Shown here one piece after another: positions 11,961-24,914 of a DNA stretch of 64,000 nucleotides (the first letter of the stretch is position 1; each line of letters opens with the position of its first letter). The position numbers and the translations under genes are program-made. The notes beneath the pieces are model-generated. The model searched no databases and was not told the DNA's origin. It was given only the letters and a program-made list of their open reading frames with translations. The stretch comes from Camelus dromedarius (Eukaryota), in contig NC_087436.1 in assembly GCF_036321535.1 (NCBI RefSeq), positions 74,278,001-74,342,000 on the forward strand. The letters are read 5' to 3'.

Positions 11961-13149
11961 CCAGGGTATGGGAAACTCATGGATGGGTTGCATCCTGAGT
12001 TAAGGGCATCAGGGAGTGGGGCTGTGAGTGGATCCAGGTGGTTTTCTGCTGTCGACCTTTGCCAGTCCCTCCCCTTCTCCAGAGAAGACTGTGTTAAGCT
12101 CTGGGTCACCCGTAGAGAAATGCCTGGCTGTTCTCTGAGATCAGTTGACCTTATCAGGGTGTGAAGGAAGATACTGGCTGAGAACTGGAGCAGTGTGGGG
12201 AATGGAAATGCAATAAGGAAGAAAAGAGCAGGAACACAGAGACTAAGAAAGGTCAAGCACATTTGAAGATATGTCTCAACTTCTCTCATTCCTAAAAAAG
12301 GTCCCTTTACTTAGTGCATATTGCAAGTATTACTTTCAACCAAAAGTGTAGTAAGTAATGGACTTGAAATCAGTGCTCTCCAGTCTTCTGGAACACGGCG
12401 GCAGGTCAGTTACCTGCAGTTTTGACTGACATGTGCTGCTGGGGCTCAGATGAGAAAGGCGCCTGGCAGGAACGCTGGGGAAGTTCAGCCCTGATTTGAA
12501 ATGATTTATGCCAATTGATGCTGAAATGCAGTATGTTTCCACTTAAGAAGACCCGCTGGAGGAATGCGGCTTTGGGGCCTCTCCTCATTTATCACGGTGT
12601 TTACAAATCCTGCTTGAAGTTGAAAGTAAATCATCATTGGGCGGCTTTGTGGCTGTTTTACAGCTAAGAATTTTAGAGGTGATGGAGCACGAATCCATTG
12701 GTGGAATCACGTGTGGGAGTGAAGGGAAGGGGGCCGTGGGGAGGCAGCCTGGCATGTATGATCCTTAACCGCGGAAAGGTGCCAATGGCCAAGTCCCGAA
12801 AGAGGGGGAGGCCTTCTTCCAATAATTATCGAGCTAGTTGAATGGTATTTAATATATAAAATGAACTGAGCTGAATCTGTAAAATGCAGGGTTAGCTGTG
12901 GGTTGGAGTTTTGATCAGGTGATAGAATCAGAGAAGAGTCTGCTTCCTCAGTTTCAAATATAAATATAAAATGTGAGTTGTGCAGCAGGTGAGGAAGATG
13001 AAGCCTGCACTTCATGAACCTCACACTAATCGAACGCTCCGGCTTTGTGGTTGTCACAGGTGGGCATATTTAGCTTAAAGAAGACCGAGAGGGGTTGTGT
13101 CTGCCTTGCGATATGTCACAGATCATCATGCAAAAGCAGGATTAGACTC

Positions 13150-13380
13150 CAGAGGAAAGAATTGGGACCAGTGGGTGGAAGCTAAAGGCAGGCAGAAATC
13201 AGGTTTGACATTAGGAAGAATTTTCTAACAGCTAGAGTTGTTTGAAAATAGAAGAGGCCTTGAGTCAGGGTCAGTCAATGGCTCGGTGGTGGCGGTGTTC
13301 TAAAAGAGATCCAGGCATCCTAGGGGGCCTTGGGAAGACAAAGTCTGTGTTCTTGTCTAAACTTGAGATTCTCTAATGCT
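13150..13380 (+). mobile_element. L3/CR1 LINE 3' fragment
   Basis: gggtggaagcta...ggcaga...taggaagaattttctaacagctagagttg, typical of the L3 3' end. Confidence 0.65.
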
Positions 13381-13654
13381 AATAATCTGGCTTGGAATCC
13401 TGAAAGGATCAACCCTCCTGTGTTTCCTGCTTCCTGGATCATAAATCATGTTTTGAAAACAATAGTCCAATTTCTTGGATTACCATTTGAGTTTCCCAAA
13501 TGCAGAAATTAGCATATAAGTGATATTGAAGTTCAGTAGGTAATCGAAGCAATATGAATCTCAGGAAGTAAAAGTTAGGTGAGTGTGTATTCAAAAATCA
13601 GCTTTCTAGTTGAAAGCTGCATCAGAGTTGTTTGTGTTTTATCTAAATAAATAC

Positions 13655-13880
13655 AACTAATGGAGAAGGACACAGACTCTGGAGCCCGATCCCAGTGTTC
13701 AGAACCTAGTTCTGCTGCAGACAAGACCCTCTGGTGCCTCAGTTTCATCATCCGGGAAATGGCGTTAATGAGAGTACCTATCTCACAGAATTTATGGGAC
13801 GAGTAGAGCATTGAGGGCGTATAAAACACGGAGAACGGAGAAGCACATGTTGTGTGAGATCAGGGGTGCCAGCCGCCGCT
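13655..13880 (+). mobile_element. MIR SINE
   Basis: cacagactctggagcc...ctctggtgcctcagtttcatcatc...gtacctatctcacag. Confidence 0.8.
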
Positions 13881-14781
13881 GCTGTTACACAGCAGAATGG
13901 TAGGCTGTGTTTATAGAGCTGACCTCATGGACTCAATTTTACTTTTTCCCCTAAAGAATTTATTTGCTTCAAGTAATAGCCCATGTTGGTGTTTGAACGT
14001 TATTTAAATATTTTAACTGAACATTTTTCTGTCCAAGCTAGTGACGTGATGAGGACTCTTTGTCAGAATAATGATCCACTGATAAGAGGATTAAAGAAAG
14101 TTTTTGTTATCTAAGGAAATTTACCTTTGACCACAGATATTTTTCAGACTTTAACCTTGTAGATCTGTAGTAATATGTTTGACTACCTCATTGCATTACA
14201 GAAATGGAATTCAACTCATTTGGGGTCTTTTATTTGTTCATTGTCAAGGAATTTCATTCTCTAAGATGTAGTCTCAGCCTAATGGCTTGTTCTGAGTTAT
14301 AGGAATTGGCCCAGGTTTATTCTACTTGTTTGACCATCGGTTAACATGTAGAATCTTAATTTAAAATGATAGCTAAGTTTAAGATTCCTGGGTAGTCCTG
14401 TAGAACGCTGATTTTCTTAGCACTAAAGTATGAAATGTTAGAATGACAGTTTGACACTAACAAGCACATATGTGTTTGTACACATAGATTGTATTTTGCT
14501 TATAGTATACATATTTGTATACATGCACATTGTATTATGTAATCCTTAAATTTATCTTCACATTAGTGTAATTTGAGATGAACTTAGGAACAGAATGTTA
14601 CAAACTAGCATGGAAATGTGAGTGTCATGGACATAAACGTTACCTAAGCAGATACTATAACTGTATTACAGAAGGTTTATGCATTAGACATTCATGCCTC
14701 AAATATTGTTTGATTCTTTGCAATGTGCAGGGCTCCCCTGCTCTTCATGAATACAGATATGAGGACTTAATTCTTTAAGAT

Positions 14782-15295
14782 CTTTTAACTTTTTATTTGA
14801 AAATAATTTCCAAATCATAGAAAACTTGCAAGACTAAGGATAGCTCACGGAACAGTCCTGTATCCTTTACCCAGACTCACACATTCCTGACCTTTTTCCC
14901 TCTTGCTTTATCACATGTGCCATCGCTAATATATTTTGAACCACTTGAGGGATACTTACAGGTGGTGCTTTTACTTCTAAACACCTCAGTGTGTGTTTGC
15001 TAAGAATAGGGATGGTCTATTTGATAACCACAGTACAATCACCAACTCTAGTCATTGGAACGCGGATACAAAACTCTAATCTACTATTTATACTTCAGTT
15101 TTAGCAACTGACACAGTAATGTCCTTTGCAGCATATGTTTTCCTCCCAGTACTGGATCCAGTCGTGGGCCAGGTGTGGCAGTTAGTTATCGTGTCTTTTT
15201 ATCTGGAACATGTGCACAGCCTTTCTTTGTCTTTAATGCAATTATCATTTTTGAAGAATATAATCTTCCTCTTTTTTTTTCCAATAGAATATGTA
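14782..15295 (-). mobile_element. Ancient L1 (L1MC/MD-like) 3'UTR
   Basis: aactttttatttgaaaataatttc...cagtgtgtgtttgctaagaataggga...gcagttagttatcgtgtc...ctggaaca. Confidence 0.75.
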
Positions 15296-15599
15296 GGACC
15301 CTTTATTTGAACTTGCGACCTACAGTGTGTTTGAAGGAAGGATGATTTACTCTGATGAGTTCTCGGGCCGAGCCCAGCAATCACGTGGGGAACCCCCTGT
15401 CTTGGACCTGGTACGTGACTTTTCTATATGGACCAATCCAGTCTCAGGAGAGCAGCCTGCCCTTAAAGAGCTTTAATGAAGCCACCGACCAGATGTCCTC
15501 ACATCTTAGTGACATTCGTAAGCATATAAGCATTCACCTATTTAAAAATTTTCCAAAATACCTAATACTTCTTTGCTACTGGTCTCTTGTTCATTATTT

Positions 15600-16300
15600 T
15601 CAGCGATGTATGAGAGCAAGTGGTGAAAGGCCTGAAGTGTGTAGAGGGCAGTTCGTTGGAAACGGGGACCTGTGCTGCTGCGGAATGGGGGCGAGAGGGA
15701 GAACTGGCATGTTTACTGTCAGAGAAAGATGTATGCAGTTTAGGAAACCTGAATTAGGGCAGTGCTACCAGGAAGGAAGGGCACAGGGTGGGGACAATGG
15801 GCCCTGGATTTGATTCCTAATTGTGAGGGATGTTGGAAACCCATTGGCTTGTGGAATTGTGAGGTTATTTGTGGAAATAGGCCATTCGGGAAGGGATCTG
15901 GGACTTTTTTGTTTAGAAACAGATGATGATTTTGGTCTCTGGCCTTAGGCTCTGCTAGTGAAGGTGTCCAACAGGCAGCTGGAAATGGAGGACAAAGCCC
16001 AGGAAAGTGTCTGAAGCAATGCAGTGGATTTGGGAATTATCCACATAAAGGTGATCCTGAGAGATGACAGCGATGAGATTCCTGAGCAAGAGGGCAGAAG
16101 CAGAGAGAGGAGGGCAGTGGGCCTTGGTACTTAGAGGAAGAAGCAATACAGCAAAACTAACATGGGGTGGGGATAATGAGAATGCTGTTCTGGAAGGCAA
16201 GGGGGAGAGTTTGAAGGGGAGGGAGTGGTTGGCAATGCCAAGATTGAAAATGACAGGGGTGGACACGGAAGAGGCAGCCAGGTTTGGCAGTTTGGACAAC
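15600..16300 (-). mobile_element. L2 LINE fragment including a reverse-transcriptase remnant
   Basis: Minus ORF 15955..16299 contains HLYVDNSQI, a decayed YADD motif (L2-type HLYADDSQI). Purine-rich L2 signature on the + strand. Confidence 0.75.
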
Positions 16301-19300
16301 CGTAAACTCCACAGCCTGCCTGCAGCAGGTAATAAATGTAAGTGGAGAAGGCGACAGGGGCTGAAAGGGCAGAGGACTCTGGGGATGTCCAGCGTTAGAG
16401 GCAGTGAGAAGATGGGATCTCAGGGTCACCAGGCTGAGGGACCTCACAACTGTTTTCCTGTACAACTCTGCCTTTCATCATAGTGTAGAGGCATTTCCCC
16501 AGCCTTTAATGAATCTTTTAAATCATGTAGCAGTCCCTTCTATCGCAGAAGCAGATGAAAGCGTGAGGGTTGGGAAGCTGCTCTTCCTGGGGTCAGTCCT
16601 CTGGCCTCCTGGCTGAGGTTCTGCCGGTGGACGACACCTTATCTGCACCCTTCTGCGATCTGCAGGAACTAGGATGACCCAAATGAAAATCCTCAAGTGT
16701 TAGGCCCTGGAAAGGGAATGCAAAACCCCTTACAATGGAAAGAGTCCAGAAAAGTGAATTTGACTTCAGTGGGATTTTTGTGATTTTCTCCTTTGTTTTT
16801 CCTTTTCCATCTCCAAGAGCCTCCTATTGCCCCCAACTTTTGTTGTTGTTCGTTTGTTTTTTTAAAGCTTCTATCCTATCAATCAAGGGCAGAGTCAGCG
16901 CCGCGGAGAGCCTGACACTTGGCCCACACCTGTCACCAGGAAGCTAGGCACCACAAATACCAGCTCATGTGATCTGACTGTTGCAGACCAAGTTACCTGA
17001 GGACGTCAGCTGACACTCCCACAAGCTTACTTCAGAGACGCTGAACTGACTTACACTGAATGAGACAAAACACAAGCAGTGCAAAGGATTCCTAATAAGA
17101 ATTACTTTGTACACTTTCCTAATTCCTGATCCACCACCTTTGCACCAAAGCCTACTGGGCACGTAGAGCCTTGGAGGTTATTTATTTATACAGTGGTTTG
17201 AGTGGAGCTTCATTTTTTTCTCCTGATTCTTTCTTTTTTCCTTCCATCTTAGGTGGGATGCAGGTCCCAGTTGCCCACAGAATATAGGTCTGATTTAATT
17301 TAGATCTTCTAACATTCTTTATATCCTGTTAGTGTTGAGCATTTGGATGAATAGATGGATGAGTTTACATGGGCACTCCTATGCTTGATGTTAAAATTAT
17401 CCTTCATTTTTCCTAGACATATTCTCTTTGTGAATTTGTTGTTTAAAGGGTGGCTACGTCATAGTGAACTCATCTAATGCAACACCGCTTTGCAGAGCTG
17501 TAGTTCCTGTACTCACTCCTACCGTCTTTTCCTGGAGTCAGTTCTTACTTGAATGTCAATAAAATGGCAGGCTCTCAGCAAGGGAACATTCTTGATTCCT
17601 GAGGCAGGGAACGAAGCCAGGCACTTGTATATTTGTTTTCCAATGAACTGGTTCTTATGTTGTAAATATTTAACCATTCACTGTAGTATTCCTACCCAAG
17701 TTTCCAGTAGGTTTTCAGCTAATTCCATTTCTCACAGGCAGATAAAGTTTCTCTCTCTTTCCAGGACCCTCTTTAAGCAAATAGAGATCATATTCCAGGG
17801 AGTTTGGTTTGAGAAGGAACAAAAAATGGGATCTGAAAGCCACATTTTCCCTGGGTGGAGAAAAGGAGGCCGTGGGGAGCTGAGTCTGCCAGCAAAGAAT
17901 GGATGTAATAATAGCTCTTACTTGATGGCTCTGAATATTTTTATTATTCCCTGGGCTGTCTTTGCTTAAGTTGTGGGTAGTGATGTCTAAAAGCAAAGGG
18001 GATTTTCCTTCCTAGTTTATGGTTTTGAGGATCAGAATCAGATGGAGGGACATTAGCTATTAAAGCCACTGAAGGGGGCCAGGCGATCTTATCTCTAATG
18101 AAAATGACTGAGTCAGCTTGCCCTAACCTCTCGTTGTCTGTCTGCGCTCACCCATTTCTCACTGGCATTCGCTCTCAGGAAGAAACTCCAGGAATGCATT
18201 AGGCGGAAGATTTTGATTTACAGCTTGCCTCTGTTTACTCTTTTAGTGCTGTGTGTGTTTATTTTAGGGGGAAGAACTCCCCGAAGATATATTTTATGCT
18301 TTTGACTTCGTTTATGGCTCAAGTTTGGGATATTTTGCCTCAAGAAATATATTTTGGTTTTTTCTTTTCCTTTCCATTTCCCTCCTTCCTTTTCTACAAC
18401 ACGTATCTCCTGCTGTTCCAAGTCTGTGGACAGCAAGGCAAAAAGTCAACCCAAGCCTGAATGTCTAAGCTTATCACCGAGTACACCACCCTTCAGAATG
18501 TCTATGGCACTTGGACCACAAATGACTGTTCAGGTCAAAGACCACAAGTGTGAGTCAAATTGGAAACATTACCTTGCAGAGCCAGTCTGTCTGTCTGGTC
18601 ACTTAGCAGATTATAAAACTTGACTTCTAGCTAGAGAGCTAATTGTGGTGGGCAGGGTGGAGGGGGTGGGAGGAAGCACTGGGCTCCCACTCAGAACTTT
18701 TCATGTACGATGTAGCCCAAACGATGACCTGGACCTTTTCAAGGATGTAGCAAGAACATTCTATATTTTCTCATCCAACTGACACGAATATTTCTTTTAA
18801 GAAAGATGGTATTTTAAAAAATCATTTTTCAGTTGAATGTTGCTTAAATAAAGGCTTTTTCCCTGCTAGCTGACAAACAGGATACAGAACTACGGTCTTA
18901 CTAGATGCTTATGCTTCAAAAATCTCTTTCTGCCTCTTTCCTGTTTAGCTTTGGATTTGCACGGAACACCATAGTGTTTTTCAGCAGTGGGAGCTGGGAG
19001 TGTGATCCTGAAAAAACACGCAGGATTTGGAGCAAGAGACCTTCGGGGGCAGGGGAGAGGGAGCAAATAAATTCCCCACACACTCGGATGGACCGTGACC
19101 GAGGAGTCTGCGGTTTCTTTCTCAAGTGGAGAGAGTTTGGGTCCAGTTCTCAGAGAAACTCTTGTTTCATTTTTCTTTCCCAGCAGGTTAATATTTGTAA
19201 TTCATGTACACGGATTTTCAATGTAGGTTATTTCAGATTCCCTTATCAAATATTTTTAAAATATCTATTTATGTAGGAGAGAAACAGACATGCTAAAAGA

Positions 19301-20689
19301 GTTACCCGGTATTTTTAAACATAAATAAAATCATCATAAAACCTTCACCTCCCCCTTTTATTTCTCCTTAAGATGCCAGGGCAATAAACACCTGCTCTGC
19401 AATCAGCCATTTCAGCGGGTGTGCTTCTGTCTGGATCCACATGTCTGTGGTCCATTCTGTGCATCCTGCTGGAGGCTTTATTCTGGATGCTGTGCCTGCC
19501 CTTGGTCTTGTGGCTTTGACACTGAAGCCCTGTTGTCTGCAAAAGACAGTATATTCCAGCTCCAGGGTTCACTCGGCTGCCTGCTTTGCCGCCGTAATGT
19601 CATTCTTGGGAAGTTTCTGGGTTTCCAGGGAGATGAGGCGTGAGCAGCGTGAGCAGACAGCGTTTGCCGCAGCCTGAGTAATTTTGGAAGCCTTGAGTCT
19701 GCTTTGTTATTCAGGTTTCCCAGAGTGGGTGTGGGACATGAGAATTCCCAGCAAAGGCAGTTACCACTGCACATTCAAATCTGGTGCACTGCGTCCCTCC
19801 TCGGTCACATTTTTGTAAAGAGTGGTTACTGTGGTGTTTCTTTCTTAAGTTGGGTTTTGCTTGAAGAAGCCAGACAGAAGTGAGGAAAAAGTGACTGACG
19901 TGAATCAGAGTGTTAGAAGCACATCGGGACTAATACGGGGTCATTGTATACACTGCGTGATTCAGAGCTGCTTCAACGTGTTTTTGGATTTGATAATAAT
20001 ATTGAACGTTGGAAAGGTTGTTTGAATGAAAGCCAGGTAAGAGTTGACATATTTGCGAAAAGATTTGAGGTAGTCTGTAATGGATTTTAATAGCTTTCTG
20101 ATTTGAAAGGAAAAATAGCATATGATTTACAATTTTTCCCTCTCTGACCTGTTGTCCCCACATTAACCTCAGTGAAATGACATTGCATAGTCATTATTGT
20201 TGGAAATGATCCCTGTGTGCAAAACCGATAGGTAAGCCTTGCTCACAATTCAGGCATCCTTCAACTGTGTGAGCAGAGCAGAGAGTTTAGTGTCACACTC
20301 CTCGTTTATCCGGTGCCTTTGAGCTGCACTTCCTGTACTGAGTGAGATGCTCAGCCAAATCTCTGCCTCCCCAGGAGGCCAAAATACTTTCCAAACTACA
20401 GTGGCAGTGTGGCTACAGTTTCAGCTTCATCCCTGCCTCCAAGTAGTTCTAATAGGTGCTATCGAACATATGGTTTAAAATTTCCTGATAGAAAAACTAT
20501 AGGCCTTTGATTTTTCGGTTTTGAAAATTTTACCTAACCCCCAATAGCTAGCTACTTGATTATGCAGCTATGCCAAAATGAAACACAAAAGGACTTTCTT
20601 CTTGGGGGGACCACTTTCATCCATGATAACTCTCTCTCCCCACCCTCCCTCTCCCTCTCCCTCTGTCTTCCCTCTTGAATTACTGAAAG

Positions 20690-21095
20690 CCCTAATTGCT
20701 GCACATTGCCTTCAAGATAAAAGGCAAGATTTATACACAGTGTGCAGGATTTTCCTCTCCAGCCTCAAATCTGACCAGAGAAGCCCTGCTTTCTTTCCTG
20801 CTCCGCATGCCATCCACTTCCAGTGCCTGAGCATACTTGGCTTTTTCCTCCTCCCTTGGCCAAGTCTACTTCTCTAGAATGCTTGTCTTCCCCTCCCTAA
20901 AGCTGGTGAGTATCTTTATCATATCATATCTTTGTTAACCCACTGACCAACTACATGGTGTTGTAAACTTCTTTGTCTTCCCCTTTAGACTCTAATCATC
21001 TTGGGAGCAAGGACTGTTTCGTTCACCGCTGTACTGCTCAGAGCCTAGCACAATGCCTGGCATAGAGGAGGTGGGCACTAAATCTTTGTTGAAGA
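20690..21095 (+). mobile_element. L2 3' end
   Basis: ttagactct...gggagcaaggactg...gcctagcacaatgcctggcatagagg...tttgttgaa. Confidence 0.8.
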
Positions 21096-21794
21096 CTGTT
21101 GAGTCTGAGTGCCACTCAGCTTGCTTCACCTACAGAAAAATCCCTTGATCTTTCATTTTATTAGTGAAGGAGGTGAGCAGAGGGGCAGAAGGTACCCTGG
21201 GGTGTTTCATATCTGTGCAGGAGTCAGCTCTTCGTGGTTTGAGAGTAGGAGTGGCATCATATAGACTTCAGACTGAAGCATGGAAGAGCTGTGATGAGGA
21301 CGTGTAGGATCATTTCATCGGGCTAACCCTCACTCATGTAACCTGCAATGCTAGGAAATCCAAGGAAAGAAAAGTCACTCCCTGCCAGTGAGCTATGCTT
21401 CTAGTGATAAAAATGGTTGTGGGATTCTTCATTTCTAGTTGAGATTATTTTAAAATTTGCCTCTTTAGTGAGAAAGGATCATCTGCTACATTAAAAGTAA
21501 TCCTACTTGTTTGAACAGTAATTGTTGGCATTTAAATAAGTTGAATTTCACAAATTCTGCACATTTCTGCATTTCCACTAAAAAAGTGACAAAACTGTTC
21601 TTCCTTTAACTATTCTTTCTTAAATATACATACCCGCTGTCTATCTCAAATACTGCTTCCCATTTATCTCCAAGTTGTACTAATAATAAAAATTTCCAGT
21701 AACACTCTTGGCAGTTAAGAAATGGTAATTAGGAAATTGCTGGAGTTTAGAAATGTAATCTTGTTTAGCCTGGGTAGCCTAAAGTAGCTTCCAT

Positions 21795-21995
21795 TTATGC
21801 ATAGTTGATGCCAAGCATTTTATCTGCATAATCTTTGATCATCTCAACAACCCTGATAGATGGGTGGTATTGTCCCTCTTTACAGATGAAGAAATTAAAG
21901 CTCACAGAGGTGAAATGCCTTGACCAAGATCGCATGGTACGTGGCAGATCTGGGTTTTGAAATTTGGTCTGTCCCAAAGCCCCTATTCTCTACTA
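21795..21995 (-). mobile_element. MIR SINE
   Basis: tttacagatgaagaaattaaagctcacagaggtgaaatgccttgaccaagatcgca. Confidence 0.85.
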
Positions 21996-23088
21996 AATAT
22001 CTTTCCTTTATGATAAAAGCGCCATTGTTTTCCCAGGCCTTGGATGTCTGCACACATCATTGTAGAATACTGTCCTTTGTACCTACCAGGATGCCACAGT
22101 GGCTGATGGTGGCTACCTACAGCATCACTGTCTTATCATTCTTGAATTTGTAATCACAGACAGTGTTTGCAGAACTTTGGGATTTTAATTCAAACTGTTG
22201 GGAGTCTGTCCAAAAAAATGATCAGTCATTGGCAGGCTGTTGTGTCTGTGATTGTGTTTCCCAGAATTCTGTAGACATGTCACAGTACACAGGCCATGCT
22301 CGCCCATCTTATACTTTCTCCCAACTTCCTGAATAGTCCTAGGAGGTAAATCAAGGAGCTTCTGGAGAGCAGCCTGCAGGGGGCAGATCCTAGGGTTCAT
22401 GTAAAGCTTAAGAACAGTCTGAAACCTGGGCCTGAGTCAGACACTCCAGAATGAGATGCAGCCCATCAGCCGTGTCTTTGGGGACTTGTGGCTGAATTAG
22501 CTCTAGCCTGTTCAGAAACCTGTTTTAGGTCTTACAGTCATGCCAGTGAGGTGTCCACTGGGTAGAGATTCCCTCCGGTGTAGTGGGCTCTATTACTTGT
22601 TTTCTGTACATGATGATGGAGGGAACCAGGATTTAGGGAGAATACCTGTCTTAAGCTCTCTGTAAGTCTATTGCCAACAAAATCAGCAATCTTACTAAAT
22701 TATCAGGGCCTGTGATTATCATAAATTTAGGGCACATACATTCCTCTGTTTTGCAAAAGTCTTACTGCTTTTCATTAGCAAAGGAAACTCGGAAGATGGG
22801 GTATTGACTCTGACCTGTAGCAGCTGTAAATATCAGAACCAAGTGAATTACTGTAACTTGACACTAGCAACTCCCCTTTGATGGGAATCTCCTTTCAAGT
22901 GACTCCACTCCGTTCTTCTGTATTGGATTACCAGACGGGCCTTTTGGAATTACAACTCTTGCTTTATGACGGTTGGGCAGACTAACAGGTCTATATGAAA
23001 AGGCATTAAAAATATAGGTATGATTTTCTCAAAGAAATGTAAAAACAGCTTTAAAATTTTTAGACAGTGAGATGTAAAAAAAATGTAG

Positions 23089-23180
23089 ACACAACACTGT
23101 AAATCATCTGTACTTCAATAATTAAAAAAACCCCACAGCACTGTAAATTGACTATACTTCAATTTAAAAAAAAATAAAAA
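23089..23180 (+). mobile_element. Two tandem, approximately 40-nt L1 3' termini
   Basis: acacaacactgtaaatcatctgtacttcaat+A-run, then cacagcactgtaaattgactatacttcaat+A-run. Confidence 0.75.
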
Positions 23181-23299
23181 TTTTAAATGTTGAGTTAAGG
23201 TTGATGTTAGGAGAAAGGGAAGGGAGGAGGGGAGCCTAGATCGTATATTAGCACAATATTTGGTGACTTTTTTCACTACTAGCAAATTAATTGATTGTA

Positions 23300-23377
23300 A
23301 GTACATTTTGTTTTGTTTTGTTTTGTTTGGAGCAGGGAGGTAATTGGGTTTGTTTGTTTGTTTGTTTGTTTGTTTGT

Positions 23378-23430
<53 letters not shown>

Positions 23431-23520
23431 GAGAGGTACTGGGAATTGAACCGAGGACCTTGCGCATTCTAAATAAGCATGCTCTCTATCACTGAGCAAT
23501 ACCCTCACCCCTCCTTCCCC
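23300..23520 (-). mobile_element. tRNA-Ala-derived SINE (vic-1-like) with (TTTA)n/(TTTG)n microsatellite tails
   Basis: Reverse tRNA-like head at about 23431-23510 and ggtaatt module. TSD TAA(T/C)TGATTGTA at 23288-23299 and 23521-23532. Confidence 0.88.
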
Positions 23521-24038
23521 TAACTGATTGTAGATCACTGGGTTTTTCCCTGTTTCTGAAATCCATGGCTAGTGGAGGAAATAGCCTTAAAATCAAAGAA
23601 GGGAATGATTGTCATTATGCACCGTTGGCGTTCAGTGAATAGGTTGGCTCTCATGAGATTCCTGATAGTAGGATGGGATCAACTAAGAGGGGATTTGGAC
23701 AGTGTTGAGTAAACCTTAGACAAGCTTTTCTAGGAAGTGGTGCAGCAGGGGCACAGACATTGAGATGCTCCTAACCCATGGTGATACTCCTTCATTTCAC
23801 TCAGCATATATTTACTGAGTGTCGATTTGTGCCAGGCACAAAGCATACCAGAACTCATGCCTTTACTGAGATAATATTTAGGGCAGGAGAATAGACAATA
23901 AATATTACTCACAGTACATAACTACATTACAAAGAATATTAAATGATTAATGCCTGGGCAGAGAGTGGATCAGAAATTATTGCCTGGGGTAGGGAGGAAG
24001 GGAAGGGAGTGGGTTGTAATTTTAAAGGAGGAGATCAG

Positions 24039-24266
24039 AGTTCAAGATTTGCAGATACTAACTAATATATATAAAATAGATAAACAACTAGTTCATACTG
24101 TTTAGCACAGGGAACTATATTCAATATCTCATAGTAACTTAGGGTGAAAATAATATGAAAATAAATATGTGTATGTTCATATATGACTGAAGCATGATGC
24201 TGTACACCAGAAATTGACACAGCATTGTAAACTGACTATACTTCAGTAAAAATATATGTATACATG
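24039..24266 (+). mobile_element. Short L1 3'UTR insertion
   Basis: gatttgcagatactaac...agcacagggaactatattc...tgtaaactgactatacttca. TSD AAAGG(A)GGAGATCAG at 24024-24038 and 24267-24280. Confidence 0.9.
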
Positions 24267-24914
24267 AAAGGGGAGATCAGGGTGGGCCTCAATGCAAAAG
24301 TGATATTTGAAGAAAGTAGGGGAGGTAGTTGTGGGGATGCTGAACAGAGGAAATTTTCTGTGTAAAGGCCCTAAGGCAGGAGCATGCTTGGTGTGTTTAA
24401 AAACAGCAAGGTGGCCACTGTGGCTGGAGCAGAGTTGGGGGTCGAGGGGTGGATAGCAGCAGATCAGGTGAAGCAGTGATGGGTGGGTGGGGAGGAGTAG
24501 AGCACATGAGGACTTGCAGACCATCGTAGGGACTTCAGCTTTTGTTCTGAGGGAAAAGAGGAAACCTTGCAGGGTTCTGAGCAGGGGACTGACATGGCTT
24601 GAGTAGTGTTTCAAAAGCATCGCTCTGGTTGTGAAAAGACTGGGGATGGGAGGCAAGGGCAAAAGGAATTCCCATGGGGAGCCTCAGGCAGTAATCCGGG
24701 AACAAGATGATAATGGGGCCTGGATGACAGCAGTGGGAAGGGTGAGACACTGTTGGATTCTGGATTTATTTTGCAGGTTGGAAAACAGGATCTTCTGGAA
24801 GATTAAATGTGGATCAAGAGAAAGAAAGGGGTAAAGGTTTTAGGCTTGAGCCATCCACCGAGATGGAGAAGATGACAAGTTGAATGGGCTTTGGGGAGAG
24901 ATTTTAAACTTTTT

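Noticed and set aside
15272..15470. Second processed retrocopy (T-run plus minus-strand AATAAA at about 15302)
   Set aside because: The T-run and aatagaat fit the continuing old L1 3'UTR, and I found no TSD.
20066..20090. let-7-like TGAGGTAGT
   Set aside because: Only the seed region matches. The rest of the mature sequence and a hairpin partner are absent.
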